Assembly: GCA_950097015.1 (NCBI GenBank)
Contig: CATNEN010000034.1
Location: 6,138,001 to 6,202,000, forward strand
Source of the DNA: Macrostomum hystrix
Taxonomy: Eukaryota > Animalia > Platyhelminthes
Direction: 5' to 3'
DNA length: 64,000 nucleotides
The notes below the pieces were generated by a model, which was not told where the DNA came from, searched no databases, and saw only the letters and a program-made list of their open reading frames with translations. Shown one piece after another: positions 26,318 to 38,580 of the stretch (position 1 is its first letter; each line of letters starts with the position of its first letter). A program made the translations under genes and the position numbers.

Positions 26318-28165
26318 TCCGATTCTAGCTACGATTTTTTGCTATAAATCTAGTTACGATTCTAGCTCCGATTCTGGTGCTATTCTAGCTACGATTCTGA
26401 TGTTATTCTAGCTAAGATTCTAGCTGCGATTCTGGTGTTATTCTAGCTACGATTCTAGCTCCGATTCAAGCTCCGATTCTAGCTCCGATTCTAGCTCAGA
26501 TTCTAGCTACGATTCTAGCTGCGATTCTGGTGTTATTCTAGCTACGATTCTAGCTCGGATTCTAGCTACGATTCTGGTGTTATTCTAGCTACGATTCTAG
26601 CTCCGATTCTAGCTCCGATTCTAGCTCCGATTCTAGCTCCGATTCTAGCTCCGATTCTAGCTACGATTCTGACGTTTTTCTAGCTGCGATTCAGATGCTT
26701 TTCTAGCTACGATTCTAGCTGCGATTCTGGTGTTATTCTAGCTACGATTCTGGTGTTATTCTAGCTACGATTCTGGTGTTATTCTAGCTACGATTCTAGC
26801 TCCGATTCTAGCTCCGATTCTAGCTCCGATTCTAGCTCCGATTCTAGCTCTGATTCTAGCTCCGATTTTTAGCTATAAATCTAGTTACGATTCTAGCTCC
26901 GATTCTGGTGTTATTCTAGCTACGATTCTGATGTTATTTTAGCTAATATTCTAGCTGCGATTCTGGTGTTATTCTAGCTACGATTCTAGCTCCGATTCTA
27001 GCTCCGATTCTAGCTCCGATTCTAGCTCAGATTCTAGCTCAGATTCTAGCTCAGATTCTAGCTCCGATTATAGCTACGATTTTTAGCTATAAATCTAGTT
27101 ACGATTCTAGCTCCGATTCTGGTGTTATTCTAGCTACGATTCTGGTGTTATTCTAGCTAAGATTCTAGCTACGATTCTGGTGTTATTCTAGCTAAGATTC
27201 TAGCTGCGATTCTGGTGTTATTCTAGCTACGATTCTAGCTCGGATTCTAGCTACGATTCTGGTGTTATTCTAGCTACGATTCTAGCTCCGATTCTAGCTC
27301 CGATTCTAGCTCCGATTCTAGCTCCGATTCTAGCTCCGATTCTAGCTCCGATTCTGACGTTTTTCTAGCTGCGATTCAGATGCTTTTCTAGCTACGATTC
27401 TAGCTGCGATTCTGGTGTTATTCTAGCTACGATTCTAGCTACGATTCTGGTGTTATTCTAGCTACGATTCTGGTGTTATTCTAGCTGCGATTCTGGTGTT
27501 ATTCTAGCTACGATTCTAGCTCCGATTCTAGCTCCGATTCTAGCTCCGATTCTAGCTCCGATTCTAGCTCTGATTCTAGCTACGATTCTAGCTCCGATTC
27601 TAGCTCCGATTCTCTAGCTCCGATTCTAGCTCCGATTCTAGCTCCGATTCTAGCTCCGATTCTAGCTACGATTCTGACGTTTTTCTAGCTGCGATTCAGA
27701 TGCTGTTCTAGCTACGATTCTAGCTGCGATTCTGGTGTTTTTCTAGCTACGATTCTAGCTACGATTCTGGTGTTATTCTAGCTACGATTCTGGTGTTATT
27801 CTAGCTACGATTCTGGTGTTATTCTAGCTGCGATTCTGGTGTTATTCTAGCTACGATTCTAGCTCCGATTCTAGCTCCGATTCTAGCTCCGATTCTAGCT
27901 CCGATTCTAGCTCTGATTCTAGCTACGATTCTAGCTCCGATTCTAGCTCCGATTCTCTAGCTCAGATTCTAGCTCCGATTCTAGCTCCGATTCTAGCTCC
28001 GATTCTAGCTACGATTCTGACGTTTTTCTAGCTGCGATTCAGATGCTGTTCTAGCTACGATTCTAGCTGCGATTCTGGTGTTTTTCTAGCTACGATTCTA
28101 GCTACGATTCTGGTGTTATTCTAGCTACGATTCCAGCTACGATTCTAGCTATTATTCTGATACGT
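26318..28165. repeat. Complex 11/12-bp satellite with higher-order blocks
   Basis: Interleaved gattctagct(c/a)c and gattctggtgttattctagctac units. Confidence 0.95.
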
Positions 28166-28744
28166 TCTAGATACGATCTTCAATTGGCCTTGAATATATC
28201 TAAGTTTTAGATGTTTTATAATTGCGATTTAATTTAAAGTTCTTGCCATAAAATTCGCAAAAATCCCTTTCTGTTTATTAAACAAGCCAAACACAGTAAA
28301 TCGTTAGTCTAATTGTCCTAGACTGAGTCAGTCAGACTGTGTTAACTGAGCTACTGCGAGCGAACGTGAAAAATGTTATCGGAACGGGACGCTATCGATG
28401 AAAGGGCTTTGGGAATGAATTCTGCTTTTACTGACGGATAAAATGCGGGCTCTTTTGTAACCAATTTTTTCTAGTAATAGCTCGCTCACATTTTTTTATT
28501 ACAAACCGCTCCTGTTTTGAGCTCGCCTGCTGAGAAAATTTAAACAATTGCTTAACAGACTCTATTTGTAAGCGCCTAGATGTTTTGATTTCCTTCCTTA
28601 CTTAGTTCGTAAACTGTCTTCTGTCTTCTACGTCTTTTTGTCTACGTGCAAATAGAATACAAAATAACATCGATGACAAATTAAAACTCGTATTTAATTG
28701 AAAATGGTATTTAAATAGAACCGGTAATTAATTTAAACACTTAC

Positions 28745-29205
28745 TCAATTAGAACAGGTAATTATTTAGAACAGGTATTTAATTAGAACAGGTATTTAAT
28801 TGGAACACGTACTTAATAAAAACAGGTATTTAATTAGAACAAGTTTTTAATTAGAACAGGTATTTAATTAGAACAGGTATTTAATTAGAACAGGTATTTA
28901 ATTAGAACAGGTATTTAATTAGAACAGGTATTTAATTGGAACATGTACTTAATAAAAACAGGTATTTAATTAGAACAAGTTTTTAATTAGAACAGGTATT
29001 TAATTAGAACAGGTATTTAATTAGAACAGGTATTTAATTAGAACAGGTATTTAATTAGAATTTTATTAATTTATTTAATTATTTAATTATTTAATTATTT
29101 AATTATTTAATTAGAACAAGTTTTTAATTAGAACAGGTATTTAATTAGAACAGGTATTTAATTAGAACAGGTATTTAATTAGAACAGGTATTTAATTAGT
29201 ACAGG
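28745..29205. repeat. 17-bp AT-rich minisatellite
   Basis: Unit aattagaacaggtattt, interrupted by (taattatt)n at ~29065-29110. Confidence 0.93.
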
Positions 29206-29331
29206 AATCCTATGCAACTTTGTTTGAATGAGTGGATTCGAGCTCATGACCTTTATTGCTTGAATCGACATCAATATTACTAATACACAACACAATCGCT
29301 ACACAGAAAACAATTAATTTAATCGATGCCA

Positions 29332-29467
29332 CAGGGGGAGAGATAAGACAGGGGAGAGATATCGATAGATCGATAAAATCGATAGATCGATAGATCTCCC
29401 CTGTCTTATCTCTCCCCCTGTCTTATCTCTCCCCTGTCTTATCTCTCCCCTGTCTTATCTTTCCCTG
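29332..29467. repeat. Perfect 25-bp inverted repeat around an ATCGAT-rich spacer, followed by tandem units
   Basis: 29332-29356 is the exact reverse complement of 29396-29420. The spacer holds two copies of atcgatagatcgat. Confidence 0.85.
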
Positions 29468-30194
29468 ACTGACGACTAATTAGCCTTAAAGCTAAGCTGC
29501 AGCCTTCATGCCCAAGCATCACCTCCAAGCATCTCAGGGTCATCGATTTCTAAACTCGAGGTTTGTCTGTCTAGCTGGATGTAGAAAGCAATTGACAGCG
29601 ATGTCTCAGTAAATTAGTTGGCGCAGTCAATGGCCGGTGAGACTAATGAGGCCGGGTAGGGGGTACGTTTCCCAGTCTTAGGACTTGGCTAAAGGGATCA
29701 AGGCTCGGGAGCTGTAAAAGTACATCTTGCATCAGTGGATATGTACTTTTATGTAGTTGAAACTGCTTAGCATTTGGGTATCTTAAATTTTCCACTTTTT
29801 TATAAAGCATGCTACAGTGTCTATTGCTGGCAACTATAAGTGAGATCACCAAAAGTGCAACGAGTCCCGTGAGTTCAGGTTCAATGGAATGACAAAAGCT
29901 CTCCTTTGCTGAATTGAAGGCTATAATGGCTGTGCATCATTAAAACAAATTAGTTTTTTGTTATTTAGCTCGCCATCGTCACTTAAATAAAATAGTTATG
30001 CGGAAAACTGTTAATCTGACTCGATTTTATGAAGCACGAATAAATGAAGCAGAAAATTTGTTTAAATGAGATCAACAAAAAATTATATTCATTAATCATA
30101 TTCTATACGAGTTCTTTGCAACTGCTAAAAATGATCTCTGTCGTTAGCATAGAATAAATATGAATTGTTCTATTTCAGATCTATTATAATATAG

Positions 30195-31080
30195 GAGGAG
30201 TTGAAGGATGATGATAAAAAGGAGGAGTAGGAGAAAGAGGAGCTGGAGAAAGAGGAGCGGGAGAAAGAGGAGCTGGAGAAAGAGGAGCGGGAGAAAGAGG
30301 AGCTGGAGAAAGAGGAGCTGGAGAAAGAGGAGCGGGAGAAAGAGGAGCTGGAGAAAGAGGAGGAGGAGAAAGAGGAGCGGGAGAAAGAGGAGCTGGAGAA
30401 AGAGGAGGAGGAGAAAGAGGATGAGGAGAAAGAGGAGGAGGAGAAGGGTATAAGAAAGAGGATGAGGAGAAGGTGGATGAGGAGAAAGAGGATGAGGAGA
30501 AAGAGGATGAGGAGAAAGAGGAGGAGGAGAAAGAGGAGGAGGAGAAAGAGGATGAGGAGAAAGAAGAGGAGGAGAAAGAGGATGAGGAGAAAGAGGAGGA
30601 GGAGAAAGAGGAGGAGGAGAAAGAGGATGAAGAAAAAGAGGAGGAGGAGAAAGAAGAGGAGGAGAAAGAGGATGAGGAGAAAGAGGAGGAGGAGAAAGAG
30701 GAGCTGGAGAAAGAGGAGGAGGAGAAAGAGGATGAGGAGAAAGAGGAGGAGGAGAAGGGTATAAGAAAGAGGATGAGGAGAAGGTGGATGAGGAGAAAGA
30801 GGATGGGGAGAAAGAGGAGGGGGAGAAGGGTATAAGAAAGAGGAGGAGGGGAGGAGGAGGGGAGGAGGAGGAAACGTGGAGGGGAGGAGAAAGAGGAGGA
30901 GGGGAGGAGAAAGAGGAGCAGGAGAAAGAGGAGGAGGAGGGGAGGAGAAAGAGGAGCAGGAGAAAGAGGAGGAGGAGGGGAGGAGAAAGAGGATGAGGGG
31001 AGGAGAAAAAGGAGGAGGGGAGGAGAAAGAGGAGGAGAAGAGGAGAAAGAGGAGCAGAAGAAAGAGAGGTGGAGAAGTAG
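30195..31080. repeat. 15-bp-based polypurine low-complexity repeat
   Basis: Units gaggag(ctg/gag/gat)gagaaa. Confidence 0.92.
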
Positions 31081-31374
31081 TAGAGGCGGTAAGAGCGTGA
31101 TCGCATCTACATCGGACTCAAATATAATAAGAATATTTGAGTCGACTTAATCTCTCTGCTGAATGTACCCTTGCGCTCAGTTCGCTTTTGGAGATTTGGA
31201 GTTCAGTTTTTGGAGGTTTGCAGACTAGAAAAAAAGGTATTTCTGCTCAGCCTTTTCGTTATGCTGAGTGCTACAGAATATGCCGCTGCTGATGCGAAGG
31301 GGTAAACTTTGCTCAAAATAATTAGTCAACTGTCTTGCATCTGAATTCAGATTTGGAGAGGAATAAGTCACGCC

Positions 31375-32082
31375 CTCATGTATCACACCCTGAGGTGTCT
31401 CACTCACTCTCACGTATCACACCCTGTGGTGTCTCACTCACTCTCATGTATCACACCCTGAAGTGTCTCACTAACTCTCATGTATCACACACTGAGGTGT
31501 CTCACTAACTCTCATGTATCACACCCTGAGGTGTCTCACTCACTCTCATGTATCACACCCTGAGGTGTCTCACTCACTCTCATGTATCACACCCTGAGGT
31601 GTCTCACTCACTCTCATGTATCACACCCTGAGGTGTCTCACTAACTCTCATGTATCACACCCTGTGGTGTTTCACTAACTCTTATGTATCACACCCTGTG
31701 GTGTCTCACTAACTCTTATGTATCACACCCTGTGGTGTCTCACTAACTCTTATGTATCACACCCTGTGGTGTCTCACTCACTCTCATGTATCACACCCTG
31801 TGGTGTCTCACTTAATTCTTATGTATCACACCCTGAGGTGTCTCACTAACTCTTATGTATCACACCCTGAGGTGACTCACTAACTCTCCTGTATCACACC
31901 CTGTGGTGTCTCACTCACTCTCATGTATCACACCCTGAGGTGTCTCACTCACTCTCATGTACCACACCTGTGGTGTCTCACTAACTCTCATGTATCACAC
32001 CCTGAGGTGTCTCACTAACTCTCATGTATCACACCCTGAGGTGTCTCACTAACTCTCATGTATCACACCCTCAGGTGTCTCA
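31375..32082. repeat. 34-bp minisatellite, ~21 copies
   Basis: Unit tcatgtatcacaccctgaggtgtctcact(c/a)actc; period 34 (31513 to 31547). Confidence 0.96.
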
Positions 32083-32371
32083 TGGTTTTTTGAACAAGTT
32101 GAGATTTCACTCTGACAGACAACTGTCTGATTGCAAAGCTTTAAAATTTGGAATTAGTTATTGAAAATTTAAGGCCCTCTTAAGCCCTATTCATTGTCTG
32201 TGAGATTCCCTTCCATCAAACTCACTTACACCACTAATTTCTAGACTTTTTGTGTGAGTAATCAATCAAGTAACACAGTAACTCATTTAACACAGTCAGA
32301 CTACTACAAATTACTGACTGAATATAAATTTGGCTGTCAATATAAATTTGCGATATGTAAATTTTTTTGCT

Positions 32372-33335
32372 AGAATTGTCTAGAATTACCAAGAATCGCC
32401 CAGAATTGTCTAGAATTGTCTAGGACTCCCTAGAATTTCCTAGAATTCCTTAGAATTCCTAGAATTTCCTAGAATTCCTTAGAATTTCCTAGAATTCACA
32501 AGCATTGACTAGAATTTCCTAGAATTCATTAGAAGTTCCTAGAATTTCCCAGAATTTCCTAGAATTCACAAGCATTCGCTAGAATTTTCTAGAATTCACA
32601 AGCATTCGCTAGAATTTCCGAGAATTCCTTAGAAGTTCCTAGAATTTCCTAGAATTCACAAGCATTCCCTAGAATTTCCTAGAATTCACAAGCATTCGCT
32701 AGAATTTCCTAGAATTCACAAGCATTCCCTAGAATTTACTAGAATTCACAAGCATTCGCTAGAATTTCCGAGAATTCCTTAGAAGTTCCTAGAATTTCCT
32801 AGAATTCACAAGCATTTTCTAGAATTTCCTAGAATTCACAAGCATTTTCTAGAATTTCCTAGAATTCACAAGTATTCCCTAGAATATCCTAGAATTCATT
32901 AGAAGTTCCTAGAATTTCCCAGAATTTCCTAGAATTCACAAGCATTCGCTAGAATTTCCTAGAATTCACAAGCATTCGCTAGAATTTCCTAGAATTCACA
33001 AGCATTCGCTAGAATTTCCTAGAATTCACAAGCATTCGCTAGAATTTCCGAGAATTCCTTAGAAGTTCCTAGAATTTCCTAGAATTCACAAGCATTCCCT
33101 AGAATTTCCTAGAATTCACAAGCATTCGCTAGAATTTCCTAGAATTCACAAGTATTCCCTAGAATTTCCTAGAATTCATTAGAAGTTCCTAGAATTTCCC
33201 AGAATTTCCTAGAATTCACAAGCATTCGCTAGAATTTCCTAGAATTCCTTAGAATTTCCTAGAATTTCTTAGAAGTTCCTTAGAATTTCCTAGAATTTCC
33301 TAGAAGTTCCTAGAATTTCCTAGAATTCCTTCGAA
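32372..33335. repeat. 10-bp-based satellite with 30-bp higher-order unit
   Basis: tagaatttcc monomers forming tagaattcac-aagcattcgc-tagaatttcc trimers. Confidence 0.95.
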
Positions 33336-33349
33336 CACTAGACAGTCCC

Positions 33350-33440
33350 TCATGGGCACAGCCGCGTGGCCTCACTGCGGAATCATGCTCAGGGACCTTG
33401 GTGCGAGAGGCAATCGCGCAAACCGCTCTGCAACTCACCC
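33350..33440 (-). mobile_element. Truncated copy of SINE family A (tRNA head)
   Basis: The reverse complement gggtgagttgcagagcggtttgcgcgattgcctctcgcaccaaggtccctgagcatgattccgcagtgaggcc aligns with 5523-5597. Confidence 0.6.
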
Positions 33441-34168
33441 GCTTAGATTTGAGATTGTCTTCCTTAAATTTTCAGATAATTTTCTAGCTTTTTGTTGATC
33501 TTCCCCGAGATCATTTTGAGTCCTTCCCTAGATTTCTGTAAACTGTTTTTTCGGTAGCTAAGCCCTGGCGCGTTCCTATTCAACAGACACCACGCAGGGG
33601 CTGTTACCCACCTCTTCCTGCTTCTGCGGCGGTTTGGTGTTTGTTAGGAATGGAGACAAATTATTGTGTCCTCCCTTCCTTTGTCTCGTTGAGCAGCCTC
33701 GGTGAGCAGTGAGTCGTCCACGGATGCTCTACCCGCGCTGTATCTGTAGCAACAGAACCTGGCAGACAAGCTAATAAATAAATGACTGGTTTGTCCAAAA
33801 GAGAGTAGCTTTCGCTTGCCAAAGTATTCCAAAGCAAGCAGAAAGAAATTGGGGAAACTGTGAAAGAAACCCCACGTCAGCTGTGGGATCTTCTCATCCT
33901 AGTCTTCTTCCCAGACCTCTGCGATCCCTCTTCCCACTTGCTCAGAATCGACTCAAGCTCCTCTTTCCCTGTCTCTCCGCATCCTCCACTCCAGGCTTGC
34001 CTATACTTTTTTCTCTGCTTCTACCGGATTTGACGAGGAACCCGGCAGCGGAGGAAGCGGCTCGAAGGGTACAAAAATAAGGAGTTCAACTGCCGGCAAA
34101 CCGCTCAGTTTCACCTTCTAAGGGCGAAAGAGAAACGGAGAATCGCCTTCCTTGCCTTTCGCGAGCAA

Positions 34169-35401
34169 ATGCCGCGCGCACCGCGAGCCCTGCCTCGCTT
34201 GTTGGCCCGGCTGGCCTTCTTGCTGGCTGCTGCTGCTGCTGCCCGTCTCCTACTGGACGATCGACTCCTTCGGCCACGTCAGCAGCTGTCAGCACTGCAG
34301 CCAGCGCCACTATCAACCGCACAGGCGCAGCAGCAGCAACAGCAGCCGGAGCCGACGCCGCCAGTAGATGTCGCTCCGCTGCCGCGCCTCCTTCACGTGA
34401 CTGCTCACAGCGAAATGCTGCGAGTCGAATACCGCCCGGTGCTTCGCCGCTGGATGCTCACGCATCCGGATCTGCAGCTCCACCTGTGGCGCGATGTCGA
34501 CGCCGAGTGCCTGTTGAAGCAGCGATACCCAGACCTGCTGGATGCGTACAGGGCCTGGCTGCAGACTCCGCTGGAGCGATCCGATGTGATTCGAATCCTG
34601 GCTCTGCACAGCATGGGCGGCCTGTACCTGGACCTGGACACCGAGCCCGTGCGCAGTGTCAGCCACCTGTTCAGCCAGCCGCTAGCTGGTGCGATGGTCG
34701 CCCTGGAGCCCCAAGAGCACGCAGTTCTGTTGTACAACCGGGCCAGTCTAATCTCAAACGCCGTCATGTTTTCAATTCCGGGTCATCCGTTCTTTCTGTT
34801 CTACGCGCGCCAAATATTTTCTAACCTGCGGCAACAGCAGCGACTCAGAAGTCGGAGACGAAGAAACAATTACGCGGCGCCGCAGATAACTGGGCCGCTG
34901 ATCATGCAGGCAGCTTATGAGGCCTACCTGACTGCCAGCAGGAATGCATGCAGTTTAGATGCACCCCGCCAGTGCCAGGTGCATCTGTTCGAGCCGGATG
35001 TTTTCAGTCCGAGGTTCGATCTCAGTCAACGGGGCGCCTTCCGCTCCACCTGTCTGCGTTGGCGCCGGCGTCGACAATCAGCTGGCAGGCAGCAGCGCGG
35101 CCGGCTCTTCAATCCGATTGACGACATCAAAACCAGCGTCTGCAACCGGCTGGCTGCGCGCGGCTTCTCAGTTGGCAGGGAGACCAACGCCACCCTGGCC
35201 GTCCACCGCTTCCAGCACCTCACCACCGCAGCAGCAGCTGCTAGCCCGTCGCGCGGTCACCGCCAGCAGGCGGGACAGGCCGGCCAGACGCCCGCACCGG
35301 CACCGCCTAGCAACTTGTTCAACGCAAGCTCAGAATTTCCTAAGCTGAGAATGCTGGCCAAGGATGAGGGCCAGCTGTGCCAGACCCATTCATCTCCCTG
35401 A
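34169..35401 (+). CDS. Intronless glycosyltransferase family 32 (DXD sugar-binding; OCH1/SUR1-like), type II membrane protein, 410 aa
   Basis: N-terminal hydrophobic anchor and Q/P stem, then PRLLHVT, LHLWRD...RYPDLLDAY, RSDVIRILALHSMGGLYLDLD (DXD), ISNAVMFSIPGHPFF and ITGP, the motif order of GT32 (Gly_transf_sug) enzymes. Confidence 0.88.
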   Translation: MPRAPRALPRLLARLAFLLAAAAAARLLLDDRLLRPRQQLSALQPAPLSTAQAQQQQQQPEPTPPVDVAPLPRLLHVTAHSEMLRVEYRPVLRRWMLTHPDLQLHLWRDVDAECLLKQRYPDLLDAYRAWLQTPLERSDVIRILALHSMGGLYLDLDTEPVRSVSHLFSQPLAGAMVALEPQEHAVLLYNRASLISNAVMFSIPGHPFFLFYARQIFSNLRQQQRLRSRRRRNNYAAPQITGPLIMQAAYEAYLTASRNACSLDAPRQCQVHLFEPDVFSPRFDLSQRGAFRSTCLRWRRRRQSAGRQQRGRLFNPIDDIKTSVCNRLAARGFSVGRETNATLAVHRFQHLTTAAAAASPSRGHRQQAGQAGQTPAPAPPSNLFNASSEFPKLRMLAKDEGQLCQTHSSP

Positions 35402-35767
35402 GGCATCTGCTGAGTTACCTCACTCTGTATTCAGTATTGAGAATCAGCTAAATTGCTTCATGATTAACTCGCTTTAGATGATAAATAAATAAAAATTAAA
35501 AAATCCATTCCTTTACTAAGTAGCTAATATCATGGGTTAATGAATGCGAAGAGAGAATGCACTTTTACTTTTCTCGCGAAATGTTTCTAATAAAAGTTTC
35601 ATATTAGGCGAAACCTGTCATCCGAATAGTGCCAGACTCCATTCAATCATTTTGTTTAAATTACTGCTTGGGTATTGGACGACTGGTGAAATAAATGTCA
35701 ACCAAATTAAAAAATTAACAATATCTCAGCAGAATCTCAGAAGATAACTTATTCTCAAACTAAAGAA

Positions 35768-36410
35768 CTCTCCAGAATCCTCACTCTCCTGAATCCTCAC
35801 TCTCCTAAATCCCCACACTCCTGAATCCCCACTCTCTAGAATCCTCACTCTCTAGAATCCTCACTCTCTAGAATCCTCACTCTCCTGAATCCCCACACTC
35901 CTGAATCCCCACTCTCTAGAATCCTCACTCTCTAGAATCCTCACTCTCTAGAATCCTCACTCTCCTGAATCCCCACACTCCTGAATCCCCACTCTCTAGA
36001 ATCCTCACTCTCCTGAATCCCCACTCTCTAGAATCCTCACACTCTAGAATCCTCACTCTCCTGAATCCCCACTCTCTAGAATCCTCACTCTCTAGAATCC
36101 TCACTCTCCTGAATCCCCACTCTCTAGAATCCTCACTCTCCTGAATCCTCACTCTCCTGAATCCTCACTCTCCTGAATCCCCACTCTCTTGAATCCCCAC
36201 TCTCCTAAATCCCACTCTCCTAAATCCCCACTCTCCAGAATCGCCACTCTCCAGAATCCTCACTCTCCAGAATCGCCACTCTCCAGAATCCCCACTCTCC
36301 AGAATCCCCACTCTCCTGAATCCCCACTCTCCTAAATCCCAACTCTCCTAAATCCCACTCTCCTGAATCCTCACTCTCCAGAATCCTCACACTCTTGAAT
36401 CCCCACTCAT
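35768..36410. repeat. 16-bp minisatellite
   Basis: Unit gaatcc(t/c)cactctc(ct/ta/ca). Confidence 0.93.
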
Positions 36411-37034
36411 CAGAAACCCCTTCCTCAAGAATCAAATTTTTCTATAGCAATTTTTTTCATGCAACGGTGCAGGTGATTTTCAATCCTTTATTTTTTTGTT
36501 AAATTTCGATGCAGCTTACTGGTAGTAGGATATCGAGAATATGCTTTTAACTCAAGTAAAATGACACACAAGAGAAGAGTCAACGCTTTATAATAAAATA
36601 TATATTAAAAAACCAAGTAATAAAACTTTATCTTGTCTGACATTCTTCTAAATCTGTTGTAATTTCTTTTAGAGAGAGTGAGAGAGCAAACAACTTGTTT
36701 GTTTCTCAAACATTACTCTCGACTTATATAGACTTAACCGAGATAGGTGAAAGTATCAGATTGTTGAATCTTACGCAAATTATCAGCAGCTTTACTACAA
36801 GAATAGTTAAAAAACAAACAAGAATCGAAAAAATAAATTATAATGAAGTTTTTAGTTGAAGCATAGTATTTTAGTAAAGTACAAATTAAGCATGAACTAT
36901 TATTGAAATTCACTATCTTTTCTTTCAAGATCAATCATTAAAATGAAAATTAAAAAGAAGAAGGGGGAACAGTTGTTCGCGATCACAATCCCCAAGAAAG
37001 CCGGTGTACTTTAGTCTGTGCACTTTAGTTTAGT

Positions 37035-38465
37035 TTAGCAGCACTTGGCCGGCTCGCAGCTGGTCTTCTCGGCCTGCGGCGACTCCTGGCAGCAGCCACC
37101 CGCCTTCTTCTGGCTGGCGCCGGACTGCCGACCAGACGCCGGCTTCTTGCACAGCTCGTCGCAAACGGTCTGGCAGACATCCGCGCAGGCCTTCTTGCAG
37201 GCTTCCATGCAGGCGTTGCGGCAGCCCTCGCCGCCGGCCTCCTTGCAGGCCTCCGGGCAGCGCGCCTTGCAGGCCTCGGCGCACTCCTTGCGGCAGGCTT
37301 CGTAACAGTCGCGCTTGCAGGCCTCCATGCAGGCCTTCTTGCAGGCCTCCTTGCAGTCGGCGCCGCAGGGTCCGGCGCATTTGCAGGTGTCGGCGCAAAC
37401 CCGCTTGCAAGTTTCGGCGCAAACACGCTTGCAGGTGTCGGCGCACACCTTCTGGCAGATGCCGGAGCACGACTGACAGTTGGCTGGCGCGCACGGTGAC
37501 TTGCGGCGGCTCTCGGCGGCCGGCTCCTGGCCCGGCTGGGTCCGGCGGGCGCAGGTGTTGCTCAGGTGGTTGCCGGGCAGATGGTTAGGCAGATCCCAGG
37601 TGCCCTTGAAGTTGCCCCATGGCGGCTCCTCGGAGCGGCCGACTCCGGGTAGAAGGTGGCCAATGTCGTTGGCAACGATTTTTGTGTTTCCAGTTCGGGT
37701 GGTCGGGTACTGGGTGAATTGAAAAATAAATAAAATCTTTCTCGAAATATATGCTTAAAGTAACTTTTTATAAGAAAAAGTTAATTATTTGGTTTAAAAT
37801 TTTATGTCCTTTCAAATAATTAAGCTTTTGATGGTCAATCTAAATATAGTTGTATAAATTATTTCAAAGTCTACACTCACCTCCTTGAACTTTTTAGGCA
37901 CGGTGTACTGTTGCAATCTGCGAGCCCGGAATGCATCGTCGTACTGCAATTTCGAAGAAAGTAATAATTGTAATAATAATGTAATAATTTCACAATAAAC
38001 ATCATAATTGCAGATTTTACCTACTGTGCTCCTAAAGTAAACTAACTAAGCTCCTTAACTTAACTAAAGCAAGTTTTAAAATATATGAAGTAAGAATTTA
38101 GAAAACATGATAATTATTTGTATTGAAGTGAACTGACAGTTCACTTAGAATGTTTAGTTGTTGTTTACTTGTATATTTTTTTGTCACAAGTAAAAAATAA
38201 TTTTAATATGGTTGCTTGTGTAAATTATCTGAACTAATAGGAAATCAATTATATTTTGTTTTTTATTTTTGGCACGTCTTTCTTATTTGTGTAAAAAACT
38301 GGAACTTTTGTGAATCATAGAAAATGTTGTGCCTAGTGCTTCGAATCCTCGTTTGCCCAGTTTTCTTTATCTTAAATATTAAATAATTGTAGATAGAAAC
38401 TAGGCAAGAGATATAATACAACTAGGTTCGATACTTGCCTGGTTTGCAGAAAATCCTGAAGACAT
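37035..38465 (-). CDS. CFAP126: Flattop (CFAP126) homolog with a cysteine-rich C-terminal extension, 3 exons, 254 aa
   Basis: Exons 38465-38439 (MSSGFSANQ; donor GCAAGT), 37943-37881 (YDDAFRARRLQQYTVPKKFKE) and 37709-37035 (YPTTRTGNTKIVANDIGHLLPGVGRSEEPPWGNFKGTWDLP... then the CxxxC tail). All junctions are phase 0. The N-terminal ~70 aa match the Flattop signature SANQY..AF....LQ...and IIAND.GHLLP.V.RS...PWG.F.GTW..P. Confidence 0.9.
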
Positions 38466-38580
38466 GTTTTTTATTAGAAATGACCAAACAAATGAAAAAG
38501 AAAATATAAGGGACGCAAAGAAAAATATAGTTTCTTAATAAAAGATCCGAAGAAAGGCGTTCAAATTTTCGACGCACACA

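Noticed and set aside
30144-31106. Poly-E/K and poly-R/K ORFs resembling neurofilament or protamine-like proteins
   Set aside because: Purine-only repeat that is open in several frames; no convincing splice sites or domain.
37035-37448. Stand-alone metallothionein-like ORF (137 aa)
   Set aside because: It starts at a GTG inside a longer frame that is continuous with the Flattop exon from 37709, so it is the tail of that gene.
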